From the NCBI GenBank assembly GCA_963675915.1, contig OY780959.1:1020001-1052000 (forward strand): a DNA stretch of 32,000 nt, given 5' to 3'. This stretch comes from Coprobacillaceae bacterium. Its GTDB lineage: Bacteria; Bacillota_I; Bacilli_A; Erysipelotrichales; Coprobacillaceae. The notes beneath the pieces were generated by a model. It searched no databases. It saw nothing but the letters and a program-made list of their open reading frames with translations, and was not told where the DNA came from. Made by a program: the position numbers and the translations under genes. This document shows positions 8,928 through 18,481 of the stretch, in pieces (position 1 is the first letter of the stretch; each line of letters begins with the position of its first letter).

Positions 8928-11618
8928 TTAAATATCTGCATTGACCATCAATTTCACCAGGTCTTCGAACGAAACATCTCGTTTCCATCCCAGGGTCTTG
9001 GTTGCTTTGGTGTTGTCGCCACGAAGTTCTTTGATACTTGATGGCCGGAAATATTTCGAATCAATACCGACCAGCAGTTTTCCGGTCTGTTTGTCATAAC
9101 CTTTTTCATCAATACCCTTGTCGCGCCACTCGATTTCGATTCCCACTGTCTTGAAGGCCAGTTCCACGAACTCGCGGACACTGTGGGATTCATTGGTTGA
9201 AAGGACATAGTCACCCGGAATTGCTTCCTGGAGCATCAGCCACATTCCTGCCACATAATCCCCGGCAAAGCCCCAGTCTCTTTTGGAATCCAGGTCCCCC
9301 AGAGTCAGCTTGTCCTGACGGCCGTTATAGATGTCGGCTACCGCTTTGGTGATTTTACGGGTCACATATTTGCTGTCGCGTCGTGGTGATTCATGATTGA
9401 ACATGATTCCATTGCAGGCGAAGATATTATATGACTTGCGGTACATCACCGTAGTCCAATAGGCATTAAGTTTCGAAATTCCGTATGGTGAATTCGGCGC
9501 GAAAGCTGTCGTTTCACTTTGAGGTACGGTTTCCAGATTGTCACCATACATGACACATGATGAAGCTTGGAAATATTTGGCATTCAGTTTCGATTTTTGG
9601 ATTGCATCGAGAATCCGGATCGCCCCCAATGAGTTGACATCATTGGTGTATTCGGGAATCTCGTAAGAAGTCGAAACGAACGACTGTGAAGCCAGGTTGT
9701 AAACTTCATCCGGCTTTATCTGTTCAATCAGACGGTTGACATTGGTTCCATCCGTCAGATCCCCGTAATGAAGATAGAACGATTTGTTTTCGATGCCTTC
9801 CAGGATTTCCCCTTCAAGATCATTGTCGTTGTTCGAGAAACGACGCATCATCCCATGGACTTCATAGCCCTTGTTAAGCAAGAAGCGTGAAAGATAGAAA
9901 CCATCCTGACCGCTCACTCCGGTGATGAAGGCTACTTTCTTTTCTTCCTTGGTTTCAATGATGCTCATCAGCTCGGCTTCAAGCTGTTTTTGTTTATTGT
10001 CGGCTTCATATTTGGTTGCCCCGATGACACAATAGTAGAACTTGCATTTCGGCTCGGTTCCACTCGGTCTTACCGCAAACCACGATCCGTCTTCAAGATA
10101 ATATTTCAAGACGTTTGATTTGGGCAGGATTTTATATGAATGACGGACGAAGACATTTTCGTTGGCGAAGTCTTCGACTTTGACCACTTTGTATCCGGCA
10201 ATCCGGTTAAGCCGCTGCTTGCGCAGGTTGTTGACCACAATTCCGGCATTTTTCAGTTTCTTCGACTTGTTGACATCGATATAGTAACCGTATTTTTCAT
10301 AGATATCATGCAAGGCATCGACCAGGTCTTTGCCTTGGGATGCATAATAGTTGGCCACTTCGGCTAAAACCATACAAGACTGCACGGCATCCTTGTCTTT
10401 TGAGATTCCACTAAACAGGTAACCATATGATTCCTCGTATCCGAAGACAAAGTCGAACTCATTAGTTCTTTCATATTCGCAGATCAACTCCCCGATGAAT
10501 TTGAATCCAGTCAGGGTGGTCTGGTTTTTTATGCCATAATTTTGGGCGATCACTTTCCCCAAACTGCTGGTAACGACCGTATCGAAAATGATGGTGTCAT
10601 TAGTCAGTCTACATTGTTTTTCCAAGGTCCCCAAAATGTACTCAAGCAGGATTGCTCCAGTCTGATTTCCGGTCAGAAAAACAAATTCACCTTCATGCTC
10701 CACCGCGATTCCCAACCGGTCACAGTCAGGATCGGTGGCAATCACATACTTGGCATTGTTCTTTTTAGCCTGCGCGATTCCCATATCGAAAGCATGGATG
10801 TTTTCCGGATTCGGATTGGGCGTGTTGACAAACTCGGTTGATGGGAAACATTGTTCCTCGACGATTTCATAATTGACTCCGCGACGGTCGAACATGGTCG
10901 TTACCGGCACGAATGAAGTCCCATGTTGAGATGAGAAAACAATCTTGGTTGCCTGATAATCGACCTCATTGTATTTGACCTTGTCAAGCAGTTGATAGTA
11001 CTTGTTGTCGATCTCTTCACCGATATACTCGATGTATTGGAGTTCTTTTTCCTTTGAGGCCATTTCAACATCAAAACCATCTTCAACCATTGTGATGTAT
11101 TCATAAATCCGGTTGGTTTCATGGACCACACATTGGTTTCCATAATGGTTGTAGACCTTGAATCCGTTATATTCCTTGGTATTGTGGCTGGCAGTGATGA
11201 CCACTCCCGCAAAAGCCTCTAACTCCTGAATCGCAAATGACAATTCCGGAGTCGGTCGCAAATCATCGAACAGGTAGACCTTGATTTCATGATTGGCCAA
11301 CACCGATGCCACGATTTTCGCGAATTCCTTAGAATGACGGCGGTTGTCATAGGCGATAACCGCTGATTTGTTATGATCGCCGACATAGGCATTGATATAG
11401 TTAGCCAGACCTTCAGCCAGTTTTCTGATGGTGAAGACATTCAGCTTCGATGGTCCCACTCCCATGATTTCGCGGACTCCACCGGTACCGAATTTCAATT
11501 TGGATCCGAAGATCTCCTTGATTTCGATCTCGCTTAAAGATTCGATTTTTGCTTTCAATTCATCTGTCAAAGGAGCTTTGAGCCACTTTTCGTATACGTC
11601 CATGTATTCCAAAATCAC
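8928..11618 (-). CDS. Fusion protein: phosphomannomutase/phosphoglucomutase (aa 1-559) :: GDP-mannose-4,6-dehydratase-like SDR (aa 560-896)
   Basis: A single 896-codon ORF. The N-terminal part carries TASHNTKEYNGFKV, DPDCDRLG, GYEESYGY and RPSGTEPKCKFY. The C-terminal part (8931..9941) starts KKVAFITGVSGQDGFYLSRFLLNKGYEVHGMMRR and aligns over its whole length to Gmd. The GTG start at 11618 has SD AGAGGT and overlaps the upstream stop (GTGA). Confidence 0.85.
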   Translation of the reverse strand: MILEYMDVYEKWLKAPLTDELKAKIESLSEIEIKEIFGSKLKFGTGGVREIMGVGPSKLNVFTIRKLAEGLANYINAYVGDHNKSAVIAYDNRRHSKEFAKIVASVLANHEIKVYLFDDLRPTPELSFAIQELEAFAGVVITASHNTKEYNGFKVYNHYGNQCVVHETNRIYEYITMVEDGFDVEMASKEKELQYIEYIGEEIDNKYYQLLDKVKYNEVDYQATKIVFSSQHGTSFVPVTTMFDRRGVNYEIVEEQCFPSTEFVNTPNPNPENIHAFDMGIAQAKKNNAKYVIATDPDCDRLGIAVEHEGEFVFLTGNQTGAILLEYILGTLEKQCRLTNDTIIFDTVVTSSLGKVIAQNYGIKNQTTLTGFKFIGELICEYERTNEFDFVFGYEESYGYLFSGISKDKDAVQSCMVLAEVANYYASQGKDLVDALHDIYEKYGYYIDVNKSKKLKNAGIVVNNLRKQRLNRIAGYKVVKVEDFANENVFVRHSYKILPKSNVLKYYLEDGSWFAVRPSGTEPKCKFYYCVIGATKYEADNKQKQLEAELMSIIETKEEKKVAFITGVSGQDGFYLSRFLLNKGYEVHGMMRRFSNNDNDLEGEILEGIENKSFYLHYGDLTDGTNVNRLIEQIKPDEVYNLASQSFVSTSYEIPEYTNDVNSLGAIRILDAIQKSKLNAKYFQASSCVMYGDNLETVPQSETTAFAPNSPYGISKLNAYWTTVMYRKSYNIFACNGIMFNHESPRRDSKYVTRKITKAVADIYNGRQDKLTLGDLDSKRDWGFAGDYVAGMWLMLQEAIPGDYVLSTNESHSVREFVELAFKTVGIEIEWRDKGIDEKGYDKQTGKLLVGIDSKYFRPSSIKELRGDNTKATKTLGWKRDVSFEDLVKLMVNADI

Positions 11619-12769
11619 TTACCTCTACTTATATTTAATTTGGTGTGATGCAAAATTATCAGTTTAGATATAACATAAATATAACGTGTAGTAAAATCTA
11701 TAATATGCCTAATGACTAGTGATAATGGTGTAAGTAAAACAAAAACCCATACCAAGATTATTATGTCAATTTTTGGCCAGTATGCAATAAACTGAACTAT
11801 CGGTCCACTTACAAAGAAAATTGCATGTAAGAACCAATATTCAGTAGAAAATTTCCCTAAAAAAACTGACAACCTAACAATTATAATAGGTTTATATATA
11901 TTTTTAAAACACCATATTAATAAAACGACAATTGGGGCCTATATGTAGTCAAGGTTAAAATTATAAACCGACTTGAAGATACCTCTACAAGCAAAAACAC
12001 ATAAAAAAATAGTTAATCCCACTGGAATAAATAAAATCTTTCTTTTTATAAAATAATCATGAGTTGGCCGCATAATACTTACAATTAAATCATATTTTGT
12101 TAAAATATAACCGCTTAATACGATTGGTAGAAATTCTAAATATTCCGACAAATAAGATGTAAATATTCCAGAACTAAATTGAATTATCAGAAATCTAAGC
12201 ATAAAAACAACGACCGTAAGAATAAACAATTCAAATAATGCTATTTGTGTCTTGAATACTGAATTCAATTTATCAGCCAAAATATGTGAAAGTGCACCAA
12301 TGATATAATCAATTAGCGGAAAAGTAAATACTATTTGCAAGTAAAAACGAAGATACCATGCGACCGGAATATAATCAGTTCTCAACACGAAAAAATTAAG
12401 TACAAAGTCTCTAATATCAAAATACAAAGTATTAGTTAAATACATGATTGGAATGTAAATAAAAATCAGAACAAACCAATATGTTGACATTAAAGGGATT
12501 AATCGTTTTAATGAATGTTTGTAAGCATTTCTCGTTTTAACCGAATACATGTAAAACATTGCTATACCAGTTAAAAATGCAAAAACAGCAACACAAATCT
12601 TTGAAAAGCCACCAAAATATGAAGAAATGGTTCTCATTCCAATTGAAAGACCAAAATATTTATTTTGATCGTATATCCATTCTGGCATTCCATAAACATG
12701 ATTGCTTACTAACATAATTATCGTAAGGCCTTTTATAAAAAGTGTATCATTCTTTGTAAAACTAACCAT
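11615..12769 (-). pseudogene. Acyltransferase family 3 gene interrupted by a single in-frame TAG
   Basis: ORFs 11939..12769 and 11615..11872 are in the same frame. Every codon between them is sense except TAG at 11939..11941. The joined product is 384 aa, with IKGLTIIMLVSNH at the N-terminus and a typical hydrophobic C-terminus. Confidence 0.8.
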
Positions 12770-12864
12770 TAATTTCCCCTCAATCTATCACAAAATTATT
12801 TGATAATTCTCCGAAGTGACATAAATAAATATGCGTTATTATAGTTTAACGAAACATTAACTTA

Positions 12865-13908
12865 TTATCTATTTCTTAACTCATGGACCTGAGCCAATTG
12901 TTCTCTTGTTCCCACTACGATCATATCTTCAGCCTCGATGAAGAAGGCATTTTCCATTCCCAAAAAGACGATTTCTTTTTTGGTCGAGAAAATGATATTG
13001 TTCTTGGCATTGTCGACGTAGAACTTCCCTTTGGTGATATTGCCGTTTTCATCTTTAGGCAGATATCTTTCCAAGGCTGCCCAGGTTCCCACATCATCCC
13101 AACCGAATGATCCTGGGATCACGTTGATGGTGTTGATTTTTTCCATGATGGCATAATCGATTGAAATCGATTCGCAGTTTGGATAAATGTCAAACAAACG
13201 GTCTTTGAACCCGGCTGATGATACTGATCCGATTTCGCTTAATTTTGCATAAGTGTCCGCCATATGGAGTTGAGCCAGTTTTTCAACATAGTTGACATTC
13301 CACATGAAGATTCCGGCATTCCAGAAATAACCACCTTCTTCAAGGTACTCTTTGGCCGTATCCAAATCAGGCTTTTCGACAAAACGTTCAACCTGTTTGA
13401 TTGAATAACCGCTGACTTCAGTCTGGTTGGCAGTCTGTTTGATGTAACCATATCCGGTTTCCGGACGGGTTGGTTCGATTCCGATTGTCACAACCGATTC
13501 TTGATGCTCATTAAGGAAAGCATCCCCGGCTTTGAGAACGTTGCAGAACTCTTCGACATCCTGAATCAAAGCATCAGAAGGAAGAACCACCGAGTTCCCA
13601 CCAGGGAACTTGGCATTGACCTGTATCGCCCCAAATACCACACAAGGCGCCGTATTGCGGCCAACTGGTTCTACCAGAATATTTTCCTCAGGCAAGTCCG
13701 GCAGTTGTTCTTTGGTAAGATTGACATATTTGTCACCGGTAGCGATGAAAATCTGTTCAATCGGCATTATTTTCAAAAGACGGTCAACCGTCATCTGGAT
13801 CATTGTTTTTTCGCCAATCAGATTCAAAAACTGTTTGGGATGTTCATCGGTCGACAAAGGAAAGAAACGAGTTCCTCTTCCACCGGCCATAATTAAAGCG
13901 CTTAACAT
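12865..13908 (-). CDS. manC: Mannose-1-phosphate guanylyltransferase (short form, no PMI domain)
   Basis: LIMAGGRGTRFFPLS nucleotidyltransferase loop, GRNTAPC, VLPSDALI, ERFVEKPD. 347 aa. SD AGAGGAGA. Confidence 0.9.
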   Translation of the reverse strand: MLSALIMAGGRGTRFFPLSTDEHPKQFLNLIGEKTMIQMTVDRLLKIMPIEQIFIATGDKYVNLTKEQLPDLPEENILVEPVGRNTAPCVVFGAIQVNAKFPGGNSVVLPSDALIQDVEEFCNVLKAGDAFLNEHQESVVTIGIEPTRPETGYGYIKQTANQTEVSGYSIKQVERFVEKPDLDTAKEYLEEGGYFWNAGIFMWNVNYVEKLAQLHMADTYAKLSEIGSVSSAGFKDRLFDIYPNCESISIDYAIMEKINTINVIPGSFGWDDVGTWAALERYLPKDENGNITKGKFYVDNAKNNIIFSTKKEIVFLGMENAFFIEAEDMIVVGTREQLAQVHELRNR

Positions 13909-13926
13909 ATGAATATTCTCCTCTTT

Positions 13927-14415
13927 TTATAAATAATCTTCTGACATATTTATTTCATTTAAGAACTTTGCATTCTTATCTTTATCAGATATGATTATGC
14001 TTATCAAATCAATATGCCAATCCATACCTATTTCAAGATCCTCTTCAAGCGACACATATCCATGTGCAAAACCACGAGGTATATACATGATTTTCTTATT
14101 CTCAAAAGATAAAATTTCTCCATGCCACTGCTTGTATGTGGAACTGTCTGGATTAACATCTAACGCAATAGAATACAAACCATCTGCCAAATATGATATC
14201 ATTTTTGCCTGAGCATATATACCTTCTTGATAATGTAAACCTCTTAAAGTATTAATTTTTTTGCTGTAGCCCTGATTAATTTGTCTAATCTCAAATTCAA
14301 CAGCCAAATCCCTTAGAACTCAATTATCAAATGGAATCGATAGACATCCTCTATAATCTTCTATAATGTCAGGAATATAAATTTTAACCTTAGTATTGCT
14401 TGGTTTTATATGCAT
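13927..14415 (-). pseudogene. RmlC-like cupin (sugar-nucleotide 3,5-epimerase family) with an in-frame TGA
   Basis: ATG at 14415 (SD GGAG) gives 31 codons (MHIKPSNTKVKIYIPDIIEDYRGCLSIPFDN). TGA follows at 14320..14322, then the same frame continues through LRGLHYQ...QAKMI...YIPRGFAHGY...ISDKD. Confidence 0.75.
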
Positions 14416-14590
14416 AAGAACTCCGTTTCTAATTTAAAAATTCTCTGAAACTTGACATTATTTTTACATAAAAATAAAACTCACATCCAATAATTTCATC
14501 GAAAAATGAGTTCTAATAAAAATCAAAAATACTTTCTAAGATAATTGATTTATTGTATTGTAATTATTCAATAACAATGAAAAAATCAGA

Positions 14591-15532
14591 TTATCTTTCA
14601 GCTCTCACTTTACTGTTCAAGAAATCTTGATATGCTAGTCTAACACCCTCTTCAAGGTCGACTTTATGTTCCCATCCAAGATCTCTACTTTTAGAAACAT
14701 CTAGCAATTTGCGCGGTGTTCCATTTGGTTTTGCAGTATCCCATTTAATCTCACCTTCAAAACCTGTTACTCTAGAAACTAAGTCAGTTAATTGCTTAAT
14801 CGATAATTCTCTACCAGTTCCAGCATTAACAGTTTCATTTCCACTATAGTTATCCATTAGGAATATACAAAAATCTGCTAAGTCATCAACATATAAGAAC
14901 TCACGAAGAGCCGAACCATCACCCCAACATATTACTTCATCCAGTCCATTCTTTTTTGCCTCATGAAAACGGCGAATTAATGCCGGTAATACATGACTAT
15001 GAGTTGGATGATAGTTGTCATTCGGACCATATAAATTTGTAGGCATAACACTTATAAAATCTGTTCCGTATTGACGGTTCAAATATTCGCAATACTTTAA
15101 TCCGCTGATTTTCGCCAATGCATAAGCTTCATTAGTTTTCTCAAGTTCACTTGTCAGCAGATACTCTTCTTTCATTGGTTGTGGTGCCATTCTAGGATAA
15201 ATGCATGAAGAACCCAAAAATAGCAATTTTTTACACCCATGTCTCCAAGCAGCATTTATCACATTCATTTGCATCATCATATTCTCGTACATAAAATCAG
15301 CCAATGATTGAGAATTAGCCATTATCCCACCTACTTTTGCTGCCGCTAAAAAAACATATTCTGGTTTTTCTTTTTCAAAAAAATCTTCAACTAAATCTTG
15401 ACGAATCAAATCCAATTCTTTGCTTGTTCTAGTTATTATATTAGTATACCCTTGTTTTAATAATTCTCTACAAATGGCGCTACCAACCATCCCTCGATGA
15501 CCTGCAACATAAATTTTTGAATCTTTTTTCAT
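14591..15532 (-). CDS. fcl: GDP-L-fucose synthase (GDP-4-keto-6-deoxy-D-mannose 3,5-epimerase/4-reductase)
   Basis: IYVAGHRGMVGSAI, LAAAKVGGI, LFLGSSCIYP, YALAKISG, NLYGPNDN. 313 aa. SD AGGGGGA. Confidence 0.92.
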   Translation of the reverse strand: MKKDSKIYVAGHRGMVGSAICRELLKQGYTNIITRTSKELDLIRQDLVEDFFEKEKPEYVFLAAAKVGGIMANSQSLADFMYENMMMQMNVINAAWRHGCKKLLFLGSSCIYPRMAPQPMKEEYLLTSELEKTNEAYALAKISGLKYCEYLNRQYGTDFISVMPTNLYGPNDNYHPTHSHVLPALIRRFHEAKKNGLDEVICWGDGSALREFLYVDDLADFCIFLMDNYSGNETVNAGTGRELSIKQLTDLVSRVTGFEGEIKWDTAKPNGTPRKLLDVSKSRDLGWEHKVDLEEGVRLAYQDFLNSKVRAER

Positions 15533-15686
15533 AATAATGTGTCCCCCTATATAACCTTGAAAATATTATAAACTACCTGTAACAAATGAAAAAAATGATA
15601 TTTATAAGTACATGATTCTTTTAATTAAAATCAATATATAATACTACAAAATGAATCATTAGCTTATTATATTACTTATGAATTAA

Positions 15687-17045
15687 GATAGTATAAAATA
15701 TTTTGTGTAAATTGAATTTCAGCTTTTAAGTAGCAAAAATGGTATAACCCCTGTAAAATTAGTTCTGCGAAAACAATCTACGGAAGGATTATACCCATGA
15801 ACTATTTTACATCATCTCTACTTAGAAGTCTAATCTCAAATGACAATAATTTGGAAGCTTTTGAACAAGTCGTTTCAGAACTTTTCAGAAGCGAACTTGA
15901 AAAAGCTATTAATGATATTCTTAAATCTGAACTGACCGTATTTCTTGATTACGAAAAATATGACAGATCAGAAAATTCCAACTCTAGAAACGGATTCTAT
16001 GAGCGTGATTACAACACCAAGTATGGTGTGTTGAATCTCAAGATTCCCCGTGATCGACACGGTGAATTTAATTCGCCTTTGGTACCGAAATATCAACGTA
16101 ACGATCTCGCTACTACTAACACAGTAATTGATTTGTTCAATACTGGAATGACCAATAGTGACATCGTCAAAACTGTTGAATCTATCTACGGGAAACAGTA
16201 TTCAAAACAGACAGTATCAAATATTACCAAAGAAGTGATCACCCATATCGACGCTTTCAAGAAACGCCCTTTAAACAAGCAATATGCGGTAATTTATACT
16301 GATGCTACGGTTATTCCATTACGTCGTGATACAGTGGCTAAAGAAGCTATTCACATTGCCATTGGGATTACTTTGGAAGGAACAAAAGAAATATTGGGAT
16401 ACTCAATCGCTCCTACAGAATCTGCCACCATATGGCAAGAGTTGCTTGAAGATTTCAAGCAACGAGGAATAGAAGAAGTCGCCTTGTTTTGTACTGATGG
16501 GCTTTCTGGTGTGGAAGCAGTCATTGAAGACACTTTCCCAATGGCAAGGATCCAACGTTGCATCGTGCACGTTTCTCGGAACATAGTTTCCAAAGTAAGA
16601 GTTAAAGATCGAAGCGAAATTGCTAAAGATTTTAAAGTTGTTTATAACTCTAATGATGCTGAAACAGCCCAATCAGAATTGGAATCCTTTATTGACAAAT
16701 GGGGAAAGAAATATCCTCGGGTAGCAAAATCATTAGAAAACAATTCCAATTTATTCACTTTTTATCTGTATCCGGCATCTGTTAGAAGAAGTATCTATAC
16801 AACCAATTTGATTGAAGGGTACAATAAACAACTGAAACGGAAAATCAAAACCAAAGAACAATTTCCTAATGAACAGGCGGCCGAGAAATATATAGTTTCT
16901 CAATTTGAACAGTATAACCAAAAGTTCATGAGCCGCGTTCACAAAGGATTCAAAGGCATCACTTACGAAGAGTGGTTCCTGTTAGAAAAGTAAATCATTG
17001 ATGAGAACTAATTTTACAAATCTACACAAAAATATTGACGCTACC
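15687..17045 (+). mobile_element. IS256-family insertion sequence (1359 bp)
   Basis: Imperfect 26-bp IRs: GATAGTATAAAATATTTTGTGTAAAT versus the reverse complement GGTAGCGTCAATATTTTTGTGTAGAT. Perfect 8-bp TSD TGAATTAA at 15679..15686 and 17046..17053. Confidence 0.88.
15797..16993 (+). CDS. IS256-family (mutator-type) transposase
   Basis: 398 aa with RNGFYERDYNTKYGVLNLKIPRDRHGEF, IYTDAT, FCTDGLSG, QRCIVH, TTNLIEGYNKQLKR. Confidence 0.93.
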   Translation: MNYFTSSLLRSLISNDNNLEAFEQVVSELFRSELEKAINDILKSELTVFLDYEKYDRSENSNSRNGFYERDYNTKYGVLNLKIPRDRHGEFNSPLVPKYQRNDLATTNTVIDLFNTGMTNSDIVKTVESIYGKQYSKQTVSNITKEVITHIDAFKKRPLNKQYAVIYTDATVIPLRRDTVAKEAIHIAIGITLEGTKEILGYSIAPTESATIWQELLEDFKQRGIEEVALFCTDGLSGVEAVIEDTFPMARIQRCIVHVSRNIVSKVRVKDRSEIAKDFKVVYNSNDAETAQSELESFIDKWGKKYPRVAKSLENNSNLFTFYLYPASVRRSIYTTNLIEGYNKQLKRKIKTKEQFPNEQAAEKYIVSQFEQYNQKFMSRVHKGFKGITYEEWFLLEK

Positions 17046-17198
17046 TGAATTAACCTACGACTGTATAGTTACGTGATTCAGTAACAATTTGATTATTTGA
17101 AATTCACATTTAAAAGTATATTATAGCGTATGTCTGTCAGCAAGGTATTATTTTGTGTAATAACAGTAAAATATTGTTAAAATGAAATAAACTTTAGC

Positions 17199-17224
17199 AG
17201 TATATTGAACTTGTAAAGCTCGGG
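17199..17224. repeat. 26-nt repeat, right copy (inverted partner at 3514..3539)
   Basis: AGTATATTGAACTTGTAAAGCTCGGG lies in the non-IS DNA that was contiguous with the fcl upstream region before the IS256 insertion. Confidence 0.5.
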
Positions 17225-17419
17225 GGGCGAACAAAATATTTTATGCTATCAGTTTAATGTTTTAATATGATATTAGATTAAAAGCTGTAGAATTACTTAT
17301 AGAATTTGATAGGAGTGTAATGGTCAAGCTTTTTTGTAATACCACTACCGGTAAATGTCAAGTATGTTGTCAGTAAAACTCTATATTTTTAGTTTATATA
17401 GAGAAATATTTTCTTTAGT

Positions 17420-18481
17420 TTATTGATTTGGATTTAGAAATACTTCATTTGGCAATGTCCAATTCCTGATATTTCTACCATTCCATCTTTCGGGATGGGC
17501 TGATTTTGCAGCTTCATAAACTTTACGACGATTATCCATGACTAACTCGCCTTCACCATTATGACGTTGAGCAGGTGTGAGAAAATTGATTCCGCTGTGA
17601 TGATGTTCATATCGATACCAGTTAACGAAGTTGGCGCACCACAAACGCGCATCATCAAGGCTTCGGAATCCTTTGGGTTGATAATTTGGTCTGAACTTTA
17701 ATGTCTTGAACAGACTCTCGGCATACGGGTTGTTATTGCTGACTCTTGGCCTGCTATTTGATGGCGTGATGCCGAGTTGATATAGCGTCGCAAGCATCGT
17801 AGCTCCCTTCATCGGACTCCCATTATCCGAGTGTAATACAAGCGGATCAGTTGATAATACACGTTGTGACAGTGCAGTTCGTCTGATGAGTTCGCTGGCA
17901 TGTTCAGCTGATTCTTCTTCCCATACTTCCCAACCAACAATATCACGGCTGTACAAGTCTGATATCAGGTAAAGATAGTAGAATTTTCCCTTGATTGGGC
18001 CGTTGAGATAAGTAATATCCCACATCCATATTTGATTGGGCGCAACCGCCACATGAGTAGAAATTGGCCGCTTCTTCGGTTCTTCACTACGTCCTCGATG
18101 GTTTTGCATCTTTTGTTCTTTCAACACTCTGTAAAACGTTGATTCTGAAGCAAGATATTTGCCTTGGTCGGCTAGAGCGGGAACTATCTCACAAGGAGGC
18201 ATACTGGCGAATTTAGGCTTATTTACTGTATCAATGATTTCATTACGTTCATCTGTTGTAAGCTTGTTGGCTGGATCCGGTCTCTTGGCTGTCGGTCGTA
18301 AATCTTCGATGGTACCAATGTTTTTCAACTGCTTCATCCAGCGGTAATACGTACGTTCCGTAATCCCTAATTCTTTGCAGGCATTGAAGAGTTTGGCACC
18401 ACTTTCCACAGCAGCTTCGATTAGTGCAATGGCTTTAATGCGATCTGAGGTACTAATCATTCGTCCTCGGGATCCCCCCAA
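17420..18481 (-). CDS. IS3-family OrfB (DDE integrase-like), expressed by -1 frameshift from OrfA
   Basis: HTH followed by WMWDITYL, HSDNGSPM, NNPYAESLFKTLK (DDE). It overlaps orfA in the -1 frame. Confidence 0.88.
   Translation of the reverse strand: MGGSRGRMISTSDRIKAIALIEAAVESGAKLFNACKELGITERTYYRWMKQLKNIGTIEDLRPTAKRPDPANKLTTDERNEIIDTVNKPKFASMPPCEIVPALADQGKYLASESTFYRVLKEQKMQNHRGRSEEPKKRPISTHVAVAPNQIWMWDITYLNGPIKGKFYYLYLISDLYSRDIVGWEVWEEESAEHASELIRRTALSQRVLSTDPLVLHSDNGSPMKGATMLATLYQLGITPSNSRPRVSNNNPYAESLFKTLKFRPNYQPKGFRSLDDARLWCANFVNWYRYEHHHSGINFLTPAQRHNGEGELVMDNRRKVYEAAKSAHPERWNGRNIRNWTLPNEVFLNPNQ

Noticed and set aside
17320-17376. 18-aa Cys-rich ORF MVKLFCNTTTGKCQVCCQ with AGGAG 5 nt upstream (RiPP or small-toxin-like)
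   Set aside because: It overlaps the terminal inverted repeat of the IS3 element (17356..). It has no partner modification, transport or immunity genes and is too short to distinguish from chance.
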